The notes beneath the pieces are model-generated. The model saw only the letters and a program-made list of their open reading frames with translations. It had not been told where the DNA came from and searched no databases. Position numbers and translations under genes: made by a program. A stretch of DNA of 64,000 nucleotides from a phage: assembly GCA_037431425.1 (NCBI GenBank), contig GCA_037431425.1_4129.1, one strand, 5' to 3'. Of this stretch, positions 41,464 through 49,931 are shown in pieces; position 1 is the stretch's first letter, and the number at the start of each line of letters is the position of its first letter.

Positions 41464-42300
41464 ATGAGTATTAAAAATAAATTAGATCAGTATTATACAA
41501 ATCCAGAGTATGCTAAAAAATGTTATACTAAATCATTAGAGTTTATTTCGTCTCGAATGGACATTAATTCATCTTATTATATGGAGCCTTGTGTTGGGAC
41601 TGGTTCGTTTTATCTACAGTTTCCTGAATCCCGTCGATTTGGGTGTGACATTGATCCGGTACATCTTGATGAAAATGTTATCCATTCCGATTTTTTACTT
41701 GAATTTGGTATCAATGCAAGAAGTAAAGGTGAACCAATACTTGTTATAAGTAATCCACCTTTTGGGAAAATTTCTTCTTTAGCCATTAAGTTTTTTAATA
41801 AATGTGCATCAATGCCTGAAGTGAAATATATTTGTTTTATTGTCCCTATGACATTTCGAAAAGCAGCAACACAAAATAAACTCAATGAGATGTTTCACCT
41901 GGTATTAGATGAAGATTCACCAAATGACGCTTTTATACTGCACGGAGAACCACATCATGTACCATGCGTATTTCAGATATGGGAACGTAGGGATACAGTT
42001 CGTGAGAAACATGAGATTAAGAACAAATCAGACTATTTCGACTATTGTACTAAGGAAGAGGCTGATGTTTTTATAAAACGTGTAGGAACCAAAGCAGGTG
42101 AGTATGCCGAGCCAGGGAAAGAACACAAAGATGCAAGTATGTACTACATTAAAACTAAGTATGTTGATGAAATCATTAAGGTTTTGAAAAGTAAAGATTA
42201 CCTTGATGAGATAAAACGTATACGTAAAACCACAGCAGGGGTATACTGTGTGTCCAAATCTGAAATCGTTCTTAATATTGAAAAACGTTTGAATCTTTGA
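41464..42300 (+). CDS. N6-adenine DNA methyltransferase (NPPF-type)
   Basis: Track ORF 41398..42300 trimmed to ATG 41464 with SD aaaggga; motif I EPCVGTGSF and motif IV SNPPFGK. Confidence 0.7.
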   Translation: MSIKNKLDQYYTNPEYAKKCYTKSLEFISSRMDINSSYYMEPCVGTGSFYLQFPESRRFGCDIDPVHLDENVIHSDFLLEFGINARSKGEPILVISNPPFGKISSLAIKFFNKCASMPEVKYICFIVPMTFRKAATQNKLNEMFHLVLDEDSPNDAFILHGEPHHVPCVFQIWERRDTVREKHEIKNKSDYFDYCTKEEADVFIKRVGTKAGEYAEPGKEHKDASMYYIKTKYVDEIIKVLKSKDYLDEIKRIRKTTAGVYCVSKSEIVLNIEKRLNL

Positions 42301-42308
42301 AAATTATA

Positions 42309-42340
42309 GGTTGACTTCGGTCAGCCTTTATTGTTATAAT
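42309..42340 (+). promoter_or_regulatory. PeSL-like module 5 (upstream of denV)
   Basis: GGTTGACTTCGGTCAGCC + TTTATTG + TTATAAT. Confidence 0.6.
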
Positions 42341-42368
42341 CATTTTATATAACCAAGAGGATGATTAC

Positions 42369-42872
42369 ATGACACGCATTAATTTAGTACACGTTAAAGA
42401 ACTTGCTGACCAACATTTGATGGCTGAATATCGTGAACTTCCACGGGTGTTCGGTGCTGTACAAAAACACGTTCAAGCACGTAAGCGTGTCCGTGATTTT
42501 AAAATTAACAGTACTTATCTGTTAGGTTCAGGCCATGTGACATTCTTCTACGACAAGTTACTGTACTTACAAAAGCGTCATGTTGAGATTGTTAACGAAT
42601 GTTTGCGTCGTGGTATGAAGATTCAAAACACGGAAGTAAACGACATCAGCGGCTTCCCTGATGAGTTTTGTAATGACTACGTACCATCGGAGTCAGAGAT
42701 TAAAATGTCTCGTGACCGTTTGATTGAGAAGCTCCAGATGAAGCCTAAGTGGTATAAGTTTACTGCTGTTGAAATTCCACAGTACGTTAAAGATATGCAG
42801 AACGTAAAATCTAGTACTGATATGTTCGAAGAAATTGAAGAGCAAATCAAAGATGAAATGAATAATTATTAA
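42369..42872 (+). CDS. denV: endonuclease V, pyrimidine-dimer DNA glycosylase/AP lyase
   Basis: N-terminal half [35 protein letters not shown]...[10 protein letters not shown] closely matches T4 DenV as recalled; flanked by PeSL-like modules. Confidence 0.9.
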   Translation: MTRINLVHVKELADQHLMAEYRELPRVFGAVQKHVQARKRVRDFKINSTYLLGSGHVTFFYDKLLYLQKRHVEIVNECLRRGMKIQNTEVNDISGFPDEFCNDYVPSESEIKMSRDRLIEKLQMKPKWYKFTAVEIPQYVKDMQNVKSSTDMFEEIEEQIKDEMNNY

Positions 42873-42876
42873 AGGT

Positions 42877-42911
42877 AAGGGTTGACTTCGGTCAACCCTT
42901 TTTGCTATAAT
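42877..42911 (+). promoter_or_regulatory. PeSL-like module 6 (downstream of denV)
   Basis: AAGGGTTGACTTCGGTCAACCCTT perfect 10-bp stem + T-run + GCTATAAT. Confidence 0.65.
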
Positions 42912-42939
42912 CATTTCATCAACTACAGAGGGTAACGAA

Positions 42940-43713
42940 ATGAACCGTACAGAAAAAGCACTTCAAATCGAAAAAAACTTCAACTCCATGATGGCAGCAC
43001 TGGAATGTCTTCTGGATACGCAAACTAACTCCATCAATTCTTTGATTGTATCAGGAAAAGGTGGTGTTGGTAAAACTTACAACGTTGACCAGCGTTTACG
43101 GAAAGCGGATGATAACTTTGAAATTGACTACAAAAAAATCAGTGGTAAAGTAACTACTGTGGGTCTGTACGAAGCACTGTATCGTTCACGTCATGCTGCT
43201 TCTGTACTGTTGCTGGATGATGTTGATATCTTCTCTGATGAGACTAACATTGACTTACTCAAAGCTGTATTGGATACATCTGAAAAGCGTGTAGTATCAT
43301 ATGCAACATCTGCTAAGTACCTTGAACAGCAGGGTATTCCTAAGCAGTTTGAATTCCGTGGTAAGGTTATTTTCCTGACGAACAAAAACCTGTCACAGAT
43401 TGCTAAAGGTAAAAGTAGTTTAGCACCACACATCGATGCACTGATTACTCGTAGCATCTTTGTTGATCTGCAACTGTTTACAAATGAAGAAGTAATGATT
43501 CACATTGAAAATATTATGAACAAAACAAACATCCTTGAAAACAATGGTGTTAACAAAAATGGTTGCAAAGCAATTCTGAATTGGATGCTGAACAATGAAG
43601 ATCGTCTGCGTAGCCCATCACTGCGTATGCCAGTACTGATCGCTGGTTTGTATAATAAATTTCCATACGACTGGGAGTCTATGGCAGAGAATATGTTCCT
43701 TGAGAAAATTTAA
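42940..43713 (+). CDS. P-loop NTPase
   Basis: Walker A SGKGGVGKT and Walker B-like VLLLDDVD; SD gagggtaa. Confidence 0.6.
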   Translation: MNRTEKALQIEKNFNSMMAALECLLDTQTNSINSLIVSGKGGVGKTYNVDQRLRKADDNFEIDYKKISGKVTTVGLYEALYRSRHAASVLLLDDVDIFSDETNIDLLKAVLDTSEKRVVSYATSAKYLEQQGIPKQFEFRGKVIFLTNKNLSQIAKGKSSLAPHIDALITRSIFVDLQLFTNEEVMIHIENIMNKTNILENNGVNKNGCKAILNWMLNNEDRLRSPSLRMPVLIAGLYNKFPYDWESMAENMFLEKI

Positions 43714-43775
43714 TTATATGTGTTGACGATTCTACTATAGTGTAGTTCTATAATACTTCATACTGGAGATACGAT

Positions 43776-44117
43776 ATGCTTGAGTTTTTTAATTCAAATA
43801 CAATGCTTGGTATTACTTTAATTTACATGTTTGTATTTTTGTTTTATCATTCAATTGTAATTAGTCTGTGGTATTTTAAAAGGAAAGTTGTTTTTAAATT
43901 GTATTCGTATGATAATGTATTCTTAGTTGTATATAGTATTGTACAAGGTGGGTTTATTTTATTTGGTATTATGACTTATTTCATTTATCGATTGGAAATT
44001 GATAATACACCACACATTACACAATATGTTGTGTTTTCGGGACTAATCGTGTGGTTGTTGACATGTGTCGTGTACTTTATTATTAAAGCTCGTGACAAAA
44101 TTAAAGGGGAATTCTAA
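43776..44117 (+). CDS. small two-helix membrane protein, RxKI family, copy B1
   Basis: Track ORF; first of eight tandem paralogs; C-terminal ARDKIKGEF. Confidence 0.55.
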   Translation: MLEFFNSNTMLGITLIYMFVFLFYHSIVISLWYFKRKVVFKLYSYDNVFLVVYSIVQGGFILFGIMTYFIYRLEIDNTPHITQYVVFSGLIVWLLTCVVYFIIKARDKIKGEF

Positions 44118-44455
44118 TGTTAACATTTTTTCAGTCAGATACAATGATTAGTATTACGTTGATTTATCTGTTTGGATTTTTCTTTTATCATGCACTAGTT
44201 GTAGTACTATGGTATTTTAAAAAGAATATAGTTTTCAAACTGTATCCTAAAGGAAACGTTTCATTACTTCTTTTCACTATTATCCAAGGTATCTTTGCAA
44301 TTTTTGGTATTACTGCACATTTAATTTATTGTGCTAATCCACATTTGAACTCAATATCACAATACATTGTATTTTTTGGATTACTAATTTGGGTACTAAT
44401 ATACGTAACTAATCTCATCATTAATGGTAGAGCTAAAATTCACGGGGACTTTTAA
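44117..44455 (+). CDS. small two-helix membrane protein, copy B2
   Basis: Tandem paralog; N-terminus nearly identical to B1; ATGA-type junction. Confidence 0.55.
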   Translation: MLTFFQSDTMISITLIYLFGFFFYHALVVVLWYFKKNIVFKLYPKGNVSLLLFTIIQGIFAIFGITAHLIYCANPHLNSISQYIVFFGLLIWVLIYVTNLIINGRAKIHGDF

Positions 44456-44802
44456 TGTTTGAATCTTATCTTGACTTTTTAAGGAATAGTCCAGTAGCAC
44501 ACTCACTTGCTGGGATTGTTCTATCAGGCTATATCACATTTTGGGTAGTTATGTTTCTAGGATGGTATTTTAAACGACAATTCTATAAGCGTAACGGTGA
44601 AGATTTTATGAATTCTGCTATTAATCAATCGTTGTTTGCATCAACATTGATAGCATCAATTGTAGCAACACTCACTGGTGCAGTTCTACCAGCATTCGCC
44701 GCAGTTTACGGCACACTTGGAGTGGTATGTTTATCTTTTATATTGATCATTAAACTTTGTTGTGTTATGATTGAACTTCGAAATAAGATACCGGAGGAAT
44801 GA
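44455..44802 (+). CDS. small membrane protein, copy B3
   Basis: Tandem paralog; C-terminal LRNKIPEE. Confidence 0.55.
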   Translation: MFESYLDFLRNSPVAHSLAGIVLSGYITFWVVMFLGWYFKRQFYKRNGEDFMNSAINQSLFASTLIASIVATLTGAVLPAFAAVYGTLGVVCLSFILIIKLCCVMIELRNKIPEE

Positions 44803-45137
44803 TGGAGTATTTTATTGATTTACTGCCGTGGTATATGAAAGTGAGTATTTTATACTATATTATTAGTACTGGATTCTACTTCCTGATGTGGTTTTTTAAA
44901 CGACCAATTTCAGTGTACATCGCTGATAACATGCTGCAATTAAAATTACAAGCATGGTTTTATATGGCGATGTTTATGCCTATTATTCACTACTCAATGA
45001 TTAGTCTAGGTTTACGTTCTAATGGTGAACCAATTGTATTAGTATTCTATTGGGCTTCAACTCTAGTATATGTCGGTTTGTTGTTATACCCAATCGTTCA
45101 TATATTACGTGCTAAAGTTCCTGATGCGAGGTACTAA
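44799..45137 (+). CDS. small membrane protein, copy B4
   Basis: Tandem paralog; C-terminal LRAKVPDARY. Confidence 0.55.
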   Translation: MMEYFIDLLPWYMKVSILYYIISTGFYFLMWFFKRPISVYIADNMLQLKLQAWFYMAMFMPIIHYSMISLGLRSNGEPIVLVFYWASTLVYVGLLLYPIVHILRAKVPDARY

Positions 45138-45451
45138 TGGATATAGTAACATTGATTTACACGTTGTATTCATTCTATTTTATTATGTGTTGGATTGGAT
45201 TTTTATTTGTACTGAAGACGTTTGATTATGTTGAAAGACAGATAAAAGAATTTTGTATTCCTTTTATTGGGTCAACCATAATTAGTATTACTTGTTTGTA
45301 TTATTTGGTATGTGATCCACCAGATAACACTGCAATGATTGACTTTATGTTAGCACCAACTACTGTTATTTTTTTATGTAGTCTGCTGCCACCTATTAGT
45401 CGTGGGTTAGCAGAATTTAGACGCAAACAAAAGCTTAAACGAGGGATGTAA
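45137..45451 (+). CDS. small membrane protein, copy B5
   Basis: Tandem paralog; overlapping start/stop. Confidence 0.5.
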   Translation: MDIVTLIYTLYSFYFIMCWIGFLFVLKTFDYVERQIKEFCIPFIGSTIISITCLYYLVCDPPDNTAMIDFMLAPTTVIFLCSLLPPISRGLAEFRRKQKLKRGM

Positions 45452-45819
45452 TGGAAATCACACTTATTATATTAACTTCTATGTTGTTTATTAGTACAGT
45501 TGTTATTATTGGCAAGTTCTTCTGTGTATCCTTCTTGGAAACCGTATATGATGAAATTGCAGATGATTATGAATTAGAAGCAGGATTTTTTATTACGTAT
45601 TGGGTTAGTTTATTACTGCTTATCACAGTATGGGTTTTGCATATATTCCAATGGGGTATGGTTGGTGATGATCCATTACTGGGAATTATTTGTGCGACAT
45701 TTGGGCTACTGACTGGTGCTGCCCACAATCTGATAGTAATTGTGCAAACTATAAAATGCGTATTAGTTCCACATTTTCAGAGAATGCACCAAAACATTAA
45801 ACGCCGCAAACGAGGTTAA
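45451..45819 (+). CDS. small membrane protein, copy B6
   Basis: Tandem paralog. Confidence 0.5.
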   Translation: MEITLIILTSMLFISTVVIIGKFFCVSFLETVYDEIADDYELEAGFFITYWVSLLLLITVWVLHIFQWGMVGDDPLLGIICATFGLLTGAAHNLIVIVQTIKCVLVPHFQRMHQNIKRRKRG

Positions 45820-45820
45820 T

Positions 45821-46183
45821 ATGAACGGGATAGAGTTATCTGTGTTTGGTCAATCGCTAATAATTATTAATACTTTCTTTTTCTCACTTAATGCATTTAT
45901 GTGTATTGGGAAGTATTTTCATAAACGACCATTATCAAATATATATGATGTAATTCAAACGAGATATAGTCCAGCATATACTATAGTTATTAGCAGTTTC
46001 AATTTTGGTTTTGTTTTATTAGTAATTGGAATGTTAACATCAACGTTGAATATCATCACATTCGGTCTTATGATATGTTCATTGGCATTAACATTAGTTA
46101 TATGTTGTTTAGTACTACACCTTATGGTTCTATTATATTTAAAGATATATGCAATTCACCACCGCTTAGGTACGAGGAAATGA
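45821..46183 (+). CDS. small membrane protein, copy B7
   Basis: Tandem paralog. Confidence 0.5.
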   Translation: MNGIELSVFGQSLIIINTFFFSLNAFMCIGKYFHKRPLSNIYDVIQTRYSPAYTIVISSFNFGFVLLVIGMLTSTLNIITFGLMICSLALTLVICCLVLHLMVLLYLKIYAIHHRLGTRK

Positions 46184-46184
46184 T

Positions 46185-46556
46185 ATGAGTTATCGTGAAG
46201 TATTTTCTATAATTTCAATTATTATGTTCAGTGCTGGGACATTGATTTGGTTATTATACTTTTTCTGTATTAATCCAGTGTATAATATGTTATGCAATAT
46301 TAAATCAAGTACTGGCTATATGACCTTTATGATCTTTATGGGATATTATTGTCTAAGCATTTTAGGTGTTTTTTTGGTTGTTATATTTGATCTAGGACCA
46401 AACAGGGACGGTCTGCAAATGTATGAGTTAATAACTATGTTTGGGTGTATGATACCAACTGCACTAATGTTTGTAGCTATTGGTGCTGGATGTATAAAGT
46501 TATACAATTATTTAAAATCCATTCATCATTACATTCATAATAAACGTATGTCCTAA
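46185..46556 (+). CDS. small membrane protein, copy B8
   Basis: Tandem paralog. Confidence 0.5.
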   Translation: MSYREVFSIISIIMFSAGTLIWLLYFFCINPVYNMLCNIKSSTGYMTFMIFMGYYCLSILGVFLVVIFDLGPNRDGLQMYELITMFGCMIPTALMFVAIGAGCIKLYNYLKSIHHYIHNKRMS

Positions 46557-46601
46557 TAAAAATCCAGTACTATTAAGTACTGGATTATTTGAGGTAGAGC
46601 A

Positions 46602-47249
46602 ATGAAATCGAAATTAGGTTTGTTTTACAGTAATTATTTTGTTAAGCAGCGTAAATTTATAAAGAAATACTTCTCTACAGAGAAGTCCGGTCCTATAATT
46701 TTTAAAAGATCAAAATATTATACTTACTTAGCTGGTGTTAAACAGTCTAAAAAATTTATTGCTCTATTAAATAAAAATAAAGTGAAAGCTTCTTATGTTG
46801 AAACCAGAAAAAATTCCCCTATAACTCCTAGTGATTTTATTGAGTACGGGTGTTTTTATATTGAGAATAATGGTAACACCTATTTTATGGATATTGATTG
46901 TAATACATCGAATCTTTTTAACATTGTAATAAAACCATCAAAACAATATAATGTTTATGGTGATGCTAATATAAAATTGATCAAAAACAAAGATTGGTTT
47001 GATTTTGAAATAAATGTTTTAGATGAAAATTTTGATGAAGTGCCCAGTAAACCTGAAATATGTGATATTCTAAATAGTTTAAAAGGTAGTAGCTACAATA
47101 TACCATCTGATTTAATGTTTCAGTACTCTTTAATAGATAAAGATATTGAAGATTATATTGCGTGTGCTAAAATCTTGAATTATCTGTATGATGAATTTAA
47201 AAAGAGTTCTAAAATCACAGCATTCACACTTTATAATATTTCTATATAA
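46602..47249 (+). CDS. hypothetical protein (215 aa)
   Basis: Track ORF; SD gaggtaga; followed by bidirectional terminator. Confidence 0.6.
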   Translation: MKSKLGLFYSNYFVKQRKFIKKYFSTEKSGPIIFKRSKYYTYLAGVKQSKKFIALLNKNKVKASYVETRKNSPITPSDFIEYGCFYIENNGNTYFMDIDCNTSNLFNIVIKPSKQYNVYGDANIKLIKNKDWFDFEINVLDENFDEVPSKPEICDILNSLKGSSYNIPSDLMFQYSLIDKDIEDYIACAKILNYLYDEFKKSSKITAFTLYNISI

Positions 47250-47259
47250 TTTAAAATAT

Positions 47260-47290
47260 TAAAGCCAGTTCTCTCGTACTGGCTTTAATA
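47260..47290. terminator. bidirectional terminator between 46602..47249 (+) and the RCC1-like array (-)
   Basis: AAAGCCAGT-TCTCTCG-TACTGGCTTT with flanking A/T runs. Confidence 0.6.
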
Positions 47291-48436
47291 TTATTTTTTC
47301 CAAGGAAGTAACGAAGTTGGTATTTTGATAGGTATATTTGATGAAACAACATCAGGAAAATTTGCATCCCCACAAACATACAAATTATCGTCTTCGTCTA
47401 TCAATAATATATAGTTGTAACTTCTACAAAACCCATTTAAACCTCTTCCCTCTAATGCAGATAAATTTATTTCAGTGAATTGTGTTATATATGTTTCATT
47501 TGAACCAACACCACATTGACCATTAGCATTTATACCACAAGTAAGCAATTTATTATTGTTTTGAATTATACATGATGGTCCAGCAAGGTTTGTACCTAGT
47601 TCACCTACAACGTTGACCTCACCTTGTAATGATAAATTTGGAATCACTGTACTCATTGGGACACGAGATGTATTTCCAACACCTGCTTGTCCTGAACCAT
47701 TAGTGGATGCTACTTTAACAGTACCGTCATTAAGAAAAATATAAGATGTTTCGATTGTATTAACTGCTTGAGTAGCTGATGTTATTGACGTATCCTGTTT
47801 GAATTTGAGTACATTTGTTGTTGTCGAACCAGAGATATATGTAGCACCTGCGTACCAATATGTTCCATCCTGGAGTACTAAACCAGTACTTCTAATTGAA
47901 CACCCAGCACTTCGAACATTTTCTATATGACTATATGTAAAGGTTGATACAATTGAAGATTCACCATTACCAAATACCCCACCAGTACCTGCACCACAGA
48001 AAAACCATTTACCGTTTTTCAAAAATACACGCATACAAGCAGAAATAACCACACTATCAATATCACTTGCAGTTACACCAAAATCGGTAAAGAAATGAGT
48101 TATATCAATCCAATTGCCACCAGTATTTGATGGGAGATGTGGAATTACAACTCTAGTCCCTGTGTACCAGATTGTATCATCATCTTTAATAACAAGCGTA
48201 CCTTGAACACCCCCCCAATACCTGGTTACATTAGTATTAACAAGTGTCCACTCATTAGATGATTCCGTTGAGCCATTACCACCTTGACCATATGATGATG
48301 AACCGCACCAGTATAAATTGCCATTTTTATTTAAATAAAATTTTGCATCAGCCGAACATTGTAATCTGTATTTGAATACAGTTTTTGGTGCTGGTGCAAT
48401 ATTTGCATACTTAATCATTCTTCCAAAAGGTAACAT
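47291..48436 (-). CDS. RCC1-like repeat (beta-propeller-type) protein, paralog 1
   Basis: N-terminus MLPFGRMIKYANIAP shared by all seven; Gly/Ser/Thr/Asn-rich with GxNxxGQxG-type repeats; own SD gagggag and TATAAT upstream. Confidence 0.7.
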   Translation of the reverse strand: MLPFGRMIKYANIAPAPKTVFKYRLQCSADAKFYLNKNGNLYWCGSSSYGQGGNGSTESSNEWTLVNTNVTRYWGGVQGTLVIKDDDTIWYTGTRVVIPHLPSNTGGNWIDITHFFTDFGVTASDIDSVVISACMRVFLKNGKWFFCGAGTGGVFGNGESSIVSTFTYSHIENVRSAGCSIRSTGLVLQDGTYWYAGATYISGSTTTNVLKFKQDTSITSATQAVNTIETSYIFLNDGTVKVASTNGSGQAGVGNTSRVPMSTVIPNLSLQGEVNVVGELGTNLAGPSCIIQNNNKLLTCGINANGQCGVGSNETYITQFTEINLSALEGRGLNGFCRSYNYILLIDEDDNLYVCGDANFPDVVSSNIPIKIPTSLLPWKK

Positions 48437-48484
48437 AATTTCTCTCCCTCATTCATTATACTGTATTTAACCCAATTAAGAAAA

Positions 48485-48503
48485 GCCAGTATCAAGTACT
48501 GGT
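48485..48503 (-). terminator. intergenic hairpin between RCC1-like paralogs
   Basis: CCAGTA-TCAAG-TACTGG preceded by A-run on + (T-run on - strand). Confidence 0.55.
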
Positions 48504-48509
48504 ATTTTA

Positions 48510-49859
48510 TTATTGTAATGGAATTTCAGTGAGTGTTTTATATGTACTTCCGTTATACACCCCTCTCCAATATACTTTACCATCAGTACTAACCACTAAT
48601 AATCCATATGTTGTAAACCCAAGAGTACCACCAACATACATAGCATCTTTGATTCTAATACCAATGTCTTCATATGTAAATGACGCGACTGCACCCGCTT
48701 GCCATGAAGGACTAGCGTAGTAATCACTATAAACACCATGTGCTTTATATATTGATGTTGTTCCTGGTTCAAAAATGACAGTTCCACAGTAGTTCATTCG
48801 TATTTTAGTACTGGATGAAGTTGGTACATTTATACCTACATCATCTTTTATCCCTGTGGTTAGGACGTTAAAACCACCCGCCACACGGTTGACGTCATTC
48901 GCACCGATTAAATACATACCAACGTTGTAGCCCATATAAAACACACTAGAGCTTCCATTCCAGAAAGAAAAACCACCACCATTCCCACAGCGATATAGTT
49001 GTGAATTTGAGCAGTACATCATACCTTCGTTTGTCGCATCAAATTCATCTGCTTTTCCTATTGTAGCTACAGTAGTCCAAGTTTTAATTACTTGGTTTGT
49101 ACTAGCTGGTGTTTGTATACCATATCGTATATTATACCCTTTACCGACTATTGTACCATCTTCTAATTTGGCATAAAGTACAGGTCTATTACCAACAAAA
49201 TACATATTATTGTGTGACATGTCTATTGTGCATCTTAATGAAACTACTTTTTGTTTCAATTGATTATCTTTAGTAAAAGAAGTAAAGTAGTAATCTGATG
49301 TTGAGTTGTTTATTAAACCTTGTATTGACAACCCCATATACCAGATTTCTCCCTTACTATTCAAAGCTGCCAAAATACAACTATATTTTGAAGTGTATGT
49401 TGGGTTTACTGAAGTTGCTGGTCCTTTGTCATATCCACCACAGAATACCATCTCCACAACTTCACCTACGTTAGCAAAATAAGAAGATACATTGATAAAA
49501 CCATTTGTTATAAAAGGTGCTGTATTTATACTTGAATGTGTGAATATCCCATTTGCATATACACCACAAAAATGATATGAACCATCATTATCTTGGACTA
49601 TTATTCCATTTGATAGTAACCAAAAATTGTTTACATTTTTTCTTACTAATTCGATTCCTGCCCCATTAGTTGGCGTTATACCAAAAGAAACATATTTTGT
49701 TTGACCAATTCCATATAAATTTCCATTTGATGCTAATATTGCACCAAACCAATTACCACCACCATTCTTGTTATGACCCATACCTATAGAATCAAATTTC
49801 TTAACAGTAGGAGCTTGTACTTTGTTCCCATAATTCACCATTCTTCCAAAAGGTAACAT
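48510..49859 (-). CDS. RCC1-like repeat protein, paralog 2 (449 aa)
   Basis: Conserved N-terminus MLPFGRMVNYGN; upstream aaggaggg SD and TATAAT; terminator hairpin. Confidence 0.7.
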   Translation of the reverse strand: MLPFGRMVNYGNKVQAPTVKKFDSIGMGHNKNGGGNWFGAILASNGNLYGIGQTKYVSFGITPTNGAGIELVRKNVNNFWLLSNGIIVQDNDGSYHFCGVYANGIFTHSSINTAPFITNGFINVSSYFANVGEVVEMVFCGGYDKGPATSVNPTYTSKYSCILAALNSKGEIWYMGLSIQGLINNSTSDYYFTSFTKDNQLKQKVVSLRCTIDMSHNNMYFVGNRPVLYAKLEDGTIVGKGYNIRYGIQTPASTNQVIKTWTTVATIGKADEFDATNEGMMYCSNSQLYRCGNGGGFSFWNGSSSVFYMGYNVGMYLIGANDVNRVAGGFNVLTTGIKDDVGINVPTSSSTKIRMNYCGTVIFEPGTTSIYKAHGVYSDYYASPSWQAGAVASFTYEDIGIRIKDAMYVGGTLGFTTYGLLVVSTDGKVYWRGVYNGSTYKTLTEIPLQ

Positions 49860-49906
49860 ATTTCCCTCCTTTATTCATTATACTATATTTAATACTAAAA
49901 GAAAAA

Positions 49907-49925
49907 GCCAGTACAGAGTACTGGC
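49907..49925 (-). terminator. intergenic hairpin between RCC1-like paralogs
   Basis: GCCAGTAC-AGA-GTACTGGC; T-run on - strand. Confidence 0.6.
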
Positions 49926-49931
49926 ATTATT

